From assembly GCA_947259365.1 (NCBI GenBank), contig CAMYMC010000021.1, forward strand, positions 59,034 through 123,033: 64,000 nt of DNA, written 5' to 3'. Source of the stretch: an uncultured Acidimicrobiaceae bacterium (GTDB lineage Bacteria > Actinomycetota > Acidimicrobiia > Spongiisociales > UBA5794). The position numbers and the translations under genes are program-made. Under the pieces are notes generated by a model, which did no database searches, was not told the origin of the DNA, and saw only the letters and a list, made by a program, of their open reading frames with translations. Shown here one piece after another: positions 17,744 through 26,175 of the stretch. The stretch's first letter is position 1, and each line of letters opens with the position of its first letter.

Positions 17744-18154
17744 TCAGCCGAGTGCGTCGAGCCAGGCCGCGAACCCGTCTGGGGCCTGTGGCCCCCTGGA
17801 GCGGTAGCTACCGGTCACCCGTGCCCCCCGGGCTTCGAGCGCGGCCGCCATCTTGTCGAGCATCTTGCCGGGAGACGTCTTGTACGTGCAGAACACCGCA
17901 GCCGGGGTGGCGTCCAGGCTCAGACCGCCGATGAACTCCATGGTGGCCTTCGTGGCGTGCTGGAGGATGAAGAAGAGGCCCTCGGTCCAGCTGCCGATGC
18001 ACACGGCGTCCGCGGCGGCAACATCCACCGACGAAGCCGCCTGGACGGCGACCGCAGATGCCTGGTGCCCCCGCTCGACGGCGAGCTGCGCCATTGCCTC
18101 GGCAGCAGCCTTGGTCGTGCCCGTGCGGCTGTCGTACACGATTGCGATGTTCAC
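17744..18154 (-). CDS. flavodoxin-like protein
   Basis: GTG start at 18154 preceded by GGGGAGG. N-terminus VNIAIVYDSRTGTTKAAAEAMA matches the flavodoxin FMN-binding loop. The upstream part of the track ORF is junk. Confidence 0.7.
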   Translation of the reverse strand: MNIAIVYDSRTGTTKAAAEAMAQLAVERGHQASAVAVQAASSVDVAAADAVCIGSWTEGLFFILQHATKATMEFIGGLSLDATPAAVFCTYKTSPGKMLDKMAAALEARGARVTGSYRSRGPQAPDGFAAWLDALG

Positions 18155-18290
18155 TGCGCCTCCCCGCGTCGCGAATGCGGTATCACCCGCAGGTGGGTCT
18201 GCTGGCAACGGAAGGTTACGCCCCGGGCGATCCGGGTGCCCGGCGAGGCGCGCCGGGAAGTGACGAACGAGGACTGAGGTTGCACGTCGC

Positions 18291-19514
18291 ATGGGCGCCA
18301 CCAGGCTCGCCGTGTTGGTTGCATTGGTCGCTGCGGCATGCGGCGCCGGCGGCGAAGACGGCGGGGGCAATGCCGGCTCGGGAACCTCACCACCGGCGAG
18401 CAGCCTCGCGCCGCAGTCCACGGTGGGCGAGACGACCGCTCCACCCGGCTCGAATCCGTCGACGGAGCCGTCCGTGGTGCGGCCGCCCACGGATGTGGAC
18501 CTCTCCCTGAGCAGCGTTCCGCTCGGCGACGTCTACTTCGACACGTTCGATGGCGGCTCGGTGCGTCTCAGCGACTCGACACCGGCCCTGCGCGCCCGCC
18601 TCCTCGATGCCATTCCACCGATCGACGGTCCGGTCTACGAGTCGGCGGAGTCTGCCGACTCATGGCTCGGCGCGGACGACCTCGTGCTGGGCTACGTGGG
18701 AGGCGGTCGCGCCCACGCGTTTCCCTTCCGCATCCTCAACTTCCACGAGATCGTCAACGACGTCATCGGTGACGTACCGGTGCTCGTGAGCTACTGCCCG
18801 CTGTGCCGGTCGGCGATCGTCTACGAACGTGTCGTCGGGGAAAGGGAGTTGTCGTTCGGCAACACGAGCGCGCTCTACGAGTCGGATCTCGTCATGGTCG
18901 ACCGCGAGACCTTCTCGTACTGGTGGCAGGTTGCGGGCGAAGCGATCGTTGGCGAGCTCACCAGGACGCGGCTCGAACCGCTCCCATCGACTGTGGCGAC
19001 CTGGGCGCAATGGAAACAGTCACATCCCGGCACGATCGTGCTCTCCCGGGACACCGGGTTCGAGCGGCCGTACGACCGCGACCCCTTCCTCGGCTACGAG
19101 GAGATCATCGACGAGGGTCGGTTCGCCTTCCCCGTCGGCGACGCGGCACGGGACCCGCGACTCGCCGCGTCCGCGCTCGTCGTTGCCGTCGAGGTGGGGT
19201 CGGTCGTCAGGTCCTATCCGGTCGAGCGCGTCGCTGGCCCGGTCAACGACACGGTCGACGGCGTGCCGGTGGTCGTTCTGCCGGTGACAGGCGGAGCGGC
19301 GGTCTTCTTTCCCGTGGTCGGCGGTGACGTGCTCGAATTCGTCGAATCGGGCGGGGTCTGGTCGGACACCTCCACCGGCTCGACATGGGACGGGACCGGC
19401 GCCGCGGTGGCCGGCCCGCTCGCCGGGTCCCGGTTGGAGCCGGCTCCCTCCCGCACGTCATTCTGGTTCGCCATCGTCGGTGCCTTTCCCGACACCGAGG
19501 TGTGGGCCGGGTGA
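18291..19514 (+). CDS. DUF3179 domain lipoprotein
   Basis: Lipobox LVAAACGAGG. Conserved FPFRILNFHEIVNDVIGDVPVLVSYCPLCRSA core, paralogous to the 61128..62561 gene. Confidence 0.8.
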   Translation: MGATRLAVLVALVAAACGAGGEDGGGNAGSGTSPPASSLAPQSTVGETTAPPGSNPSTEPSVVRPPTDVDLSLSSVPLGDVYFDTFDGGSVRLSDSTPALRARLLDAIPPIDGPVYESAESADSWLGADDLVLGYVGGGRAHAFPFRILNFHEIVNDVIGDVPVLVSYCPLCRSAIVYERVVGERELSFGNTSALYESDLVMVDRETFSYWWQVAGEAIVGELTRTRLEPLPSTVATWAQWKQSHPGTIVLSRDTGFERPYDRDPFLGYEEIIDEGRFAFPVGDAARDPRLAASALVVAVEVGSVVRSYPVERVAGPVNDTVDGVPVVVLPVTGGAAVFFPVVGGDVLEFVESGGVWSDTSTGSTWDGTGAAVAGPLAGSRLEPAPSRTSFWFAIVGAFPDTEVWAG

Positions 19515-19755
19515 CGGGTCTCAGACCGCGGCGCGACGGCGCCGGCGGTCGCGGCGACGAACCCAGGCCCGGCCTTCCCGGCGCCAGACCAGCTCCAGCG
19601 GGGGATGGGGCCCGTCGTGTTCGAGCAGGTCTGAGACGAGGACACCGGCAGCAAGGTCGTGATGGCACCCCATGGCGCAGGTGCGGAACGGATCGCGAGG
19701 GGCCGCAGTCATCGCGCCGTCCCCGTGGACTCGATGGTCCGGAGGGCGGCGCCCA

Positions 19756-19998
19756 TCAGCCGGCGATGGGCTCCCGCGAACGGCGGGTGCTCGGGTGCCT
19801 GCGGCTGAGACCCGTCGGTACGACGCGCCGCGCCACGGCGGTCCCCACGGCTCCGCCGATGGCGAAGACAGCCGCGGTGAGCAACCCGTCGACGATTCGG
19901 GGAGCAAAAGGATCGGTGAGGCCGGTGTACGCGGCTGCTGCGGCGACCGCGAGGGCGAACCCGGCCAGGAGTTGGGGGACGGTGCGGAGGATGGGCAT
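19756..19998 (-). CDS. small hydrophobic protein (about 80 aa)
   Basis: ATG at 19998 preceded by GAGGAG. One or two TM helices (LLAGFALAVAAAAAYTG, LLTAAVFAIGGAVGTAV). Confidence 0.35.
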   Translation of the reverse strand: MPILRTVPQLLAGFALAVAAAAAYTGLTDPFAPRIVDGLLTAAVFAIGGAVGTAVARRVVPTGLSRRHPSTRRSREPIAG

Positions 19999-20190
19999 TC
20001 TTGACTCCTCGATGCGCTCACTGCCTATATCGGCGTTATGCGGGCACATCCTGGGGAGGGTTCTGGCCGCCGTCGGTCGGACTAGCCCCCGTCGAGGGTG
20101 CGAGGCACACCCCGTCTCTGGCGGCAGCAAGGCGGAGGAGGGCGAGGGACGCCGCACCAGGGCTCGCGACACGAAGGAGTCAGGGGCCGG

Positions 20191-20379
20191 TCAGCGCCGG
20201 CTGAACCTCCGGTGGGGCACCTCCCGGTAGCGGGCGAGGAGGCCGCTGACGAGCCAGATGCCGATGACGATGACGAGACCGAGCATGAAGTCGTACACGC
20301 CGGCGGGCCGGCCGAGGACGAGGACGACACCGGCCACCCCGAGGAGGCCGACGAGGAGCTCCTCGGCGTTCCTGGTCAC
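20191..20379 (-). CDS. small hydrophobic protein (about 62 aa)
   Basis: GTG at 20379 preceded by GAGGGA. LLVGLLGVAGVVLVLG...MLGLVIVIGIWLVSGLLA. In tandem with the preceding small membrane ORF. Confidence 0.3.
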   Translation of the reverse strand: MTRNAEELLVGLLGVAGVVLVLGRPAGVYDFMLGLVIVIGIWLVSGLLARYREVPHRRFSRR

Positions 20380-20578
20380 GAGCGAGCTCCCTCGATGGAC
20401 GGATCCGCCGTATGGCGCTGTGTGCCGTACCGGTCCTCCAGTGATGCCCGGGAACGACTCCCGGGATGAAGGAGCGAACGCCCGAAACGCCACGGCGACG
20501 GTGCGCGGCGGTGCTTGACCCATACCGCAATCGCACCTCGATCAGTACGCTTCGAGGACGACAAGGAGGGAGTCCATC

Positions 20579-21541
20579 ATGCAAGCGGTTTGCCGCGTCC
20601 TTCGCGCCGTGCGCTCTCGAAGAGCGCTCTGGCTCGCCGTCGGCGGCCTCGTCGCGGCCGGGTTGATGGTGCCGACGGCCGTCTGGGCGTCACACCGGTT
20701 CACCGATGTGCCGACGTCGGACGTGTTCCACAACGACATCACGTGGCTGGCCGACACCGGCGTCACCAAGGGCTGCAACCCGCCGGCGAACGATCAGTTC
20801 TGTCCGAACGACGCCGTCACCCGGGCTCAGATGTCGGCGTTCCTGCACCGGCTCGCCGTCAACCGCGTCGTCGACGCCGCATCGGTCGAGGGACTGGATG
20901 CCGCCGACCTGCTGGACAAGGCGACGTACGACCCGGACGACGACGGCGCCGTGACGAGCGCAACGAACGCTGAGCAATTCGCCGGCAAGTTCCCGAGCGA
21001 CTTCTGGCAGCGCACCGACGCCGTCGACGCCGATACCCTCGACGGTCTGGACGCGACGGCATTCCTGGGAGCGTCGGCGAAGGCGGCGGATGCCGACCTT
21101 CTCGATGGTCTCGACTCGACCCATTTCGAGGTTCGCGTCTCCGGTGCCCAGGGAACCGACCAGTCCGGCGCCGTGGTGGGATCGGCCTACAGCGCGATCC
21201 TCAACGAATCCGTCACGGTTCCGGAGTCGGGAACCGTCCTCATCACCTACCACTTCTCCGGGTTCGTCACCGGTGGCGACGCCCCGACGTCGTTCCGGGC
21301 GGGCATCGCCATCGACGACGACGCGTGTGGGACCGTGATCGCCGACACCCACGTCTACGGATCGGTCGGGCCCTTCGTCGGCAGCGACATGGGAACCGCG
21401 TCTGGTTCCTACGTTGCAGCTATGACGGCGGGGACCCACGATGTCACGTTGTGCGTGCAGACGTTCCCGACGGTGTTCATCGGCGCCGGGGTCGTGAGGC
21501 ACGCTGCGTCGGGGCTGCAGGTCGTCTTCACCGGGGTCTGA
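20579..21541 (+). CDS. secreted S-layer-homology (SLH) domain protein
   Basis: Signal peptide followed by an SLH motif (FTDVPTSDVFHNDITWLADTGVTKGC...AVTRAQMSAFLHRL). The C-terminal domain is of unknown function. Confidence 0.75.
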   Translation: MQAVCRVLRAVRSRRALWLAVGGLVAAGLMVPTAVWASHRFTDVPTSDVFHNDITWLADTGVTKGCNPPANDQFCPNDAVTRAQMSAFLHRLAVNRVVDAASVEGLDAADLLDKATYDPDDDGAVTSATNAEQFAGKFPSDFWQRTDAVDADTLDGLDATAFLGASAKAADADLLDGLDSTHFEVRVSGAQGTDQSGAVVGSAYSAILNESVTVPESGTVLITYHFSGFVTGGDAPTSFRAGIAIDDDACGTVIADTHVYGSVGPFVGSDMGTASGSYVAAMTAGTHDVTLCVQTFPTVFIGAGVVRHAASGLQVVFTGV

Positions 21542-21577
21542 CGCAGCCGGTACGATCGGGCGCCGTCGATCCCCGGG

Positions 21578-22549
21578 GTGCGCATGCGCGCCAGCGTGAA
21601 CCTGTTGCCGGACGCGGAGCCGGCGCGCATCGTCGCGCTCGCCGTCGAGGCGGAGCGGCTCGGGTACGCCCGCTGCTGGGTGTACGACGAGGGCCTCACT
21701 GCGCGCGACGTCTACGTGACGCTCGCCGCCATCGCCTGCAACACCGAACGGGTGATGGTGGGCACCGGCATCACGAACCCGTTCACCCGCCATCCAGGGT
21801 CGACGGCGGCTGCGATCGCCACCCTCGACGAGCTGTCCGGTGGGCGGGCGTTCCTCGGCCTCGGCGCCGGTGGCGGTCTCACCCTGGGGCCGATGAGGAT
21901 CGAGCGGCACCGGCCTATCACCGCGGTCCGGGAGATGGTCGAGTCGCTGCGCGGCCTCTTCGCCGGCGAGACGGTGGATCGGGACGGCGAGCCTGTGCGC
22001 TTTCGCAACGCCACGCTCGGCTTCGCGAGGCCCGACATCGAGATCTGGCTGGCCGGGAGGGGACCGAGGATGCTGCGGCTCGGGGGAGAGGTGGCCGACG
22101 GGTTCGTCCTCAGCTACGTCCACAAGGACACGATCGGCGACAGCATCGCCCTCCTCGGCGCCGGCGCCCGGGGCCGCGCCCAGCCGCCCCGGGTCGCGTA
22201 CTCGACGATGGTGTGCACGACAGACCGGGATCTCGAGGCCGCGAAATCTCATCTCACCTTTCGCCTCGTCGACTCGCCACAACCGGTGAAGGAGATGCTC
22301 GGTGTGTCCCCCGCCGACGTCGCCGCCTTGCGCGCCGCCCTCGGCGAGGGCGGGCCTCGAGGGGCCGCCCATCTCGTCCGCGAGGAGTGGTTGCACCCCT
22401 TCGTGATCGTGGGCACCCCGGCGCAGTGCCGGAGCGAGCTCGCCGCGCTCATGGACGAGCACGGCATCGACGAGTTCCTCCTGCCGGTTCAGGAGGCGGA
22501 CACCGGCGGCGAGCTGATGGAGGCTGCGGCCGCGATCGTCCCGGGTTGA
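21578..22549 (+). CDS. LLM-class flavin/F420-dependent oxidoreductase
   Basis: Luciferase-like monooxygenase TIM-barrel signatures (ERLGYARCWVYDE, AFLGLGAGG) similar to F420-dependent methylene-H4MPT-reductase-like proteins. Confidence 0.8.
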   Translation: MRMRASVNLLPDAEPARIVALAVEAERLGYARCWVYDEGLTARDVYVTLAAIACNTERVMVGTGITNPFTRHPGSTAAAIATLDELSGGRAFLGLGAGGGLTLGPMRIERHRPITAVREMVESLRGLFAGETVDRDGEPVRFRNATLGFARPDIEIWLAGRGPRMLRLGGEVADGFVLSYVHKDTIGDSIALLGAGARGRAQPPRVAYSTMVCTTDRDLEAAKSHLTFRLVDSPQPVKEMLGVSPADVAALRAALGEGGPRGAAHLVREEWLHPFVIVGTPAQCRSELAALMDEHGIDEFLLPVQEADTGGELMEAAAAIVPG

Positions 22550-22555
22550 ACGCCG

Positions 22556-23128
22556 CTAGCGCTCCGGCGAACCGGTCCAGCGGTCGATGGCGTCGACCTC
22601 GACGCCGAGATGGCCGAGCGCCCTGGCCGCTGAATGGGTGACGATGTCGTCGAGTGAGACCGGCCGGGTGTAGAACGCCGGCACCGGTGGGAACATCACC
22701 GCGCCCATCTCGACCACTCGTTCTGCGAGCCGGAGGTGGCCGAGATGCAGCGGTGTCTCGCGGACCATGAGGACGAGGGGCCGCCGCTCCTTCAACACGA
22801 CGTCGGCGGCCCTCGTCAACAAGTCGGCGGCGAACGAGTTGGCGATGGCCGACAGCGTCTTGATCGAGCACGGGGCAACGATCATCCCCTCGGTGCGGAA
22901 CGAGCCGCTGGCGATCGACGCTCCGATGTTCTTCACGCTGTGGGTCACCGCGGCGAGCGCCTCGAGGTCGTCCATCGTGAGGTCGGTCTCGATCCCGAGC
23001 GTGGTGCGGGCGGCGGGGGTCACGACGAGGTGGGTCTCGACGTCATCGACGCCGGCCAGCAGCTCGAGCGTCCTGATGCCGTATACGATCCCGCTCGCCC
23101 CGGAGATCCCGACGATGACCCGTCTCAT
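22556..23128 (-). CDS. ubiX: flavin prenyltransferase (UbiX/Pad1 family)
   Basis: 190 aa beginning RRVIVGISGASGIVYGIRTLELL, the flavoprotein fold of UbiX. Immediately downstream of ubiD. Confidence 0.85.
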   Translation of the reverse strand: MRRVIVGISGASGIVYGIRTLELLAGVDDVETHLVVTPAARTTLGIETDLTMDDLEALAAVTHSVKNIGASIASGSFRTEGMIVAPCSIKTLSAIANSFAADLLTRAADVVLKERRPLVLMVRETPLHLGHLRLAERVVEMGAVMFPPVPAFYTRPVSLDDIVTHSAARALGHLGVEVDAIDRWTGSPER

Positions 23129-23135
23129 CCCGACC

Positions 23136-24479
23136 TCACTTCAGGTACCGGCCGAGGTCGACCGGTGGATATACGACCCGCTCGCCGTAGTCGCGACGCT
23201 CCGGCTTGTAGGTGGCGTCGATGCCGAGTTTCGTCGCCACTCCCCGCGTGTCGGCGACCGGGTCCATCTCGTGGCCCTGGGCGCCGGGGGCGGTGAAGAC
23301 GTCCCGCTGCCAGTCGACCCGGTTGGTGATCGCCCACAGCACCTCGGCGGGGTCGTAGATGTCGACGTCGCGATCGACGACGACGACGTTGCGGATGTTG
23401 ATGTGAGCCGTCATCGCCGCCATCGCGAGGTTCTTCGGTTGCCCGGGGTTGTCGCGCTCGATCTGGATGACGGCGAGGAACCCGTTCCCGTACGGGGGAA
23501 TGTGGACGACGGCCGCGGGTTCGATGTGGCGGATGAAGCGCCGCAGCAGCGGCTCGCGGGGCAGGACGTTGCCGATGTAGACGTGTTCGTACCACCCGGG
23601 GATGATCGTCTGGAAGACAGGGTCGTTGCGCCACGAGATCGCGGCGACTTCGACGGTCGGGCTGTTCCACAGCTCCCCGTGGTACCCGTGGAACTCGGCG
23701 AGGGGGCCCTCCGGAGCCCGCTCCTCGGGCCGGATGACACCCTCGATGACGATCTCGGCGTCGGCCGGGATGTCGACGTCCGCGGTCACACCGGGGCACA
23801 CGGGAATGCCGCGGCCCCGGATGGCGCCGGCGATGAGCAGCTCGTCGAGCTCCGTCCGCACCCCCGCCGCGATCGTGATCGCCGGGTCGAGCCCGATGGC
23901 GAGGGCCACGGGGAACGGAGCTGCGGGGTCGTCGCGGCGCTTCATGAACGTGCCGACGTCCCGCCACTCGTTGACGTTGAACCCGAGGAGGTTGCGGCCC
24001 ATGCGGAGCATGCGGTTGTAGGACAGATTCCCTCGCCCGCTCACCGGGTCCTTCGTCACCGTCACCGCACCGGTGATGAACGCGCCGCCGTCGCCCCTGG
24101 AGTGCGTCGGAATGGGGAGGACGCCCAGGTCGACGTCGTCTCCCTTCAGTGTGTTGTCGTGCCAGGCCGCGGCGCCGCCCCGTACCGGTTCGAGCCCACG
24201 TGCCGGGTCGAGGACGCGCTCCATCTCGTCGACGACGTCGTCGACGGTGCATCCCAGGGCGAGGGCGGCTCGATCCCGACTTGCCACCGCTCCGGCGAAG
24301 ATGGGCCACGGGCTGTCGACGACGTTGTCGAACAACGGCGCCCCGCCGCCGGTGCGGGCGAGCGTGGCCGCGACGTCTGCGAGCTCGTGGTCGAGCGACA
24401 CCGGTGTCGAGATGCGGGCGAGGCGTCCTGCGGCCTCGAGTGCGCCGATGTAGGTTCGCAGGTCGGTGATGTCGCTCAT
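23136..24479 (-). CDS. ubiD: UbiD-family (prFMN-dependent) decarboxylase
   Basis: 447 aa from ATG 24479 (MSDITDLRTYIGALEAAGRLARI...). UbiD signatures include ITGAVTVTKDP, AEFHGYHGEL and IVVVDRDVDIYDPAEVLWAI. The N-terminal extension of the 950-aa track ORF is rejected. Confidence 0.85.
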   Translation of the reverse strand: MSDITDLRTYIGALEAAGRLARISTPVSLDHELADVAATLARTGGGAPLFDNVVDSPWPIFAGAVASRDRAALALGCTVDDVVDEMERVLDPARGLEPVRGGAAAWHDNTLKGDDVDLGVLPIPTHSRGDGGAFITGAVTVTKDPVSGRGNLSYNRMLRMGRNLLGFNVNEWRDVGTFMKRRDDPAAPFPVALAIGLDPAITIAAGVRTELDELLIAGAIRGRGIPVCPGVTADVDIPADAEIVIEGVIRPEERAPEGPLAEFHGYHGELWNSPTVEVAAISWRNDPVFQTIIPGWYEHVYIGNVLPREPLLRRFIRHIEPAAVVHIPPYGNGFLAVIQIERDNPGQPKNLAMAAMTAHINIRNVVVVDRDVDIYDPAEVLWAITNRVDWQRDVFTAPGAQGHEMDPVADTRGVATKLGIDATYKPERRDYGERVVYPPVDLGRYLK

Positions 24480-24602
24480 GGGGATGGCCCAAGGACGGTA
24501 GCGGGTCGTAGCGTGCGCGGCCCGGCGGACGTGTCGCCGGAGCCGCGGAACCTCCGGCAGGGCCGACGGCGTCGGACCGGGAGGCGCCCAAGGAGGAGGG
24601 GT

Positions 24603-25073
24603 ATGAGGACCGCGATGGTGGCCCCGACGCTGGCCGGGCTTCTCTTTGTCGCGTCGTGCGGCGCGAGTGATCCCCCGGCGGCGGAACGTGAGGCGGACCC
24701 CCCACCGGCTTCGGTCACGGCCGCCCCGGAGCCGCCGGCCGCCGGTGAGATTCGCGGCGGCATCGAGGCGCTGCAGATCGACGGGGTGTGGGTGTTCCGC
24801 CACGATCCCGATGCCGGCGATGACGCACTCCACTCCGGCACGCCCGAGATCGTCGGCGGATGTCTCTACGTCGACGACACGATCGTCGTCTGGCACGCCG
24901 ACCGGATGGGCGACGCCGCCGCCGCCGTAGCTGCCGCGAACGCCGGCGCGGATCCCCCGCTCCTCATCGGCGGGGGAGGCGTGAGCCTCGACGAAGGCGG
25001 CGACGCGACGCAGATCCCGGCCGTCATCACGCAGCGGTGCCGGACGACCGCCGTGTGGTTCGGGTCGCCGTGA
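24603..25073 (+). CDS. hypothetical lipoprotein
   Basis: AAGGAGGAGGGG RBS then ATG 24603. Lipobox LLFVASCGAS. It lies in the tail of a long antisense ORF but has its own strong RBS. Confidence 0.55.
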   Translation: MRTAMVAPTLAGLLFVASCGASDPPAAEREADPPPASVTAAPEPPAAGEIRGGIEALQIDGVWVFRHDPDAGDDALHSGTPEIVGGCLYVDDTIVVWHADRMGDAAAAVAAANAGADPPLLIGGGGVSLDEGGDATQIPAVITQRCRTTAVWFGSP

Positions 25074-25128
25074 ACCCGGCCACCTCCTCCAGTTAGGCTC
25101 CGGCCACTCCCGGCGGGAAGGAGCATCG

Positions 25129-26151
25129 GTGGAGGCGTTTCTGCGAGGGCTGCCGAAGGCCGAGCTCCATGTGCACATCGAGGGCACGCTCGAGCCCGAG
25201 CTGCTCTTCGAGATGGCGGCCCGCAACTCGGTTCCGCTGCGGTACGACGACGTCGACGAGCTGCGCGCCGCGTACCGGTTCTCCGGGCTCCAGGACTTCC
25301 TCGATGTGTACAACGAAGGAGCCACCGTGCTCCAGACGAGTCGCGACTTCACCGAGCTCGCGATCGCGTATCTGGAGCGGGCGGCGGCCGACGGGGTGCG
25401 CCGCGCCGAGATCTTCTTCGACCCCCAGACCCACACCGAGCGCGGCATCGCGATGGGCGCGGTGGTCGAAGGGCTCGCCGCGGGATGCGCCGAAGCCGGG
25501 GCCCGGCTCGGCGTCTCCACAGGGCTCATCCCCTGTTTCGTGAGACATCTCCCCCAGGAGTCGGCGATGGAAGCGCTCGAAGCGGCGCTCGCGCACCGTG
25601 AGCATCTCCTCGGCGTCGGGCTCGATTCCACGGAGCTGGGCCATCCGCCGTCCGAGTTCGCCGACGTCTTTGCCAGGGCGCGCAGCGAGGGGCTCCATGC
25701 CGTGGCCCACGCCGGGGAGGAGGGGCCGCCCGAGTACATCAGCGGCGCCCTCGACCTGCTCGGTGCGGAGCGGATCGACCACGGGGTGAGGTGCCTGGAG
25801 CACCCTGCCCTCGTCGCGCGGCTACGCGACGATGCAGTCCCGCTCACCGTGTGCCCGCTCTCCAACGTGAAGCTCGCGGTGGTGGCGCGCCTCGAGGACC
25901 ACCCCCTCCCGAAGATGATCGATGCCGGCCTCGTCGTGACGATCAACTCCGACGACCCCGCGTACTTCGGCGGATACGTCGGCGACAACTACGTCGCGGT
26001 CCACGAAGAGCTGGGGCTGGACCTGGCGGCGATGGTGGCCCTGGCCCGGGCATCGATCGAGGCGAGCTTCGCGGCCGTCGAGGTCAAGCACCGTCTCCTC
26101 ACCGATCTCGAGACGTACATCGCGGCGACGGGTGGCCAAGCCGCAGGCTGA
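25129..26151 (+). CDS. add: adenosine deaminase
   Basis: LPKAELHVHIEGTL zinc-binding motif, SLGLDSTELG, HAGE and TINSDDPAYFG, all hallmarks of adenosine/adenine deaminase. Confidence 0.85.
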   Translation: MEAFLRGLPKAELHVHIEGTLEPELLFEMAARNSVPLRYDDVDELRAAYRFSGLQDFLDVYNEGATVLQTSRDFTELAIAYLERAAADGVRRAEIFFDPQTHTERGIAMGAVVEGLAAGCAEAGARLGVSTGLIPCFVRHLPQESAMEALEAALAHREHLLGVGLDSTELGHPPSEFADVFARARSEGLHAVAHAGEEGPPEYISGALDLLGAERIDHGVRCLEHPALVARLRDDAVPLTVCPLSNVKLAVVARLEDHPLPKMIDAGLVVTINSDDPAYFGGYVGDNYVAVHEELGLDLAAMVALARASIEASFAAVEVKHRLLTDLETYIAATGGQAAG

Positions 26152-26175
26152 CGCGCTGCCGCCGGCCGTCCCCGC

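Noticed and set aside
22767-25073. 768-aa plus-strand ORF spanning ubiX, ubiD and beyond
   Set aside because: It is antisense to ubiD and ubiX. Only its last 156 codons, which have their own strong RBS and lipobox, were kept as a separate lipoprotein gene (24603-25073).
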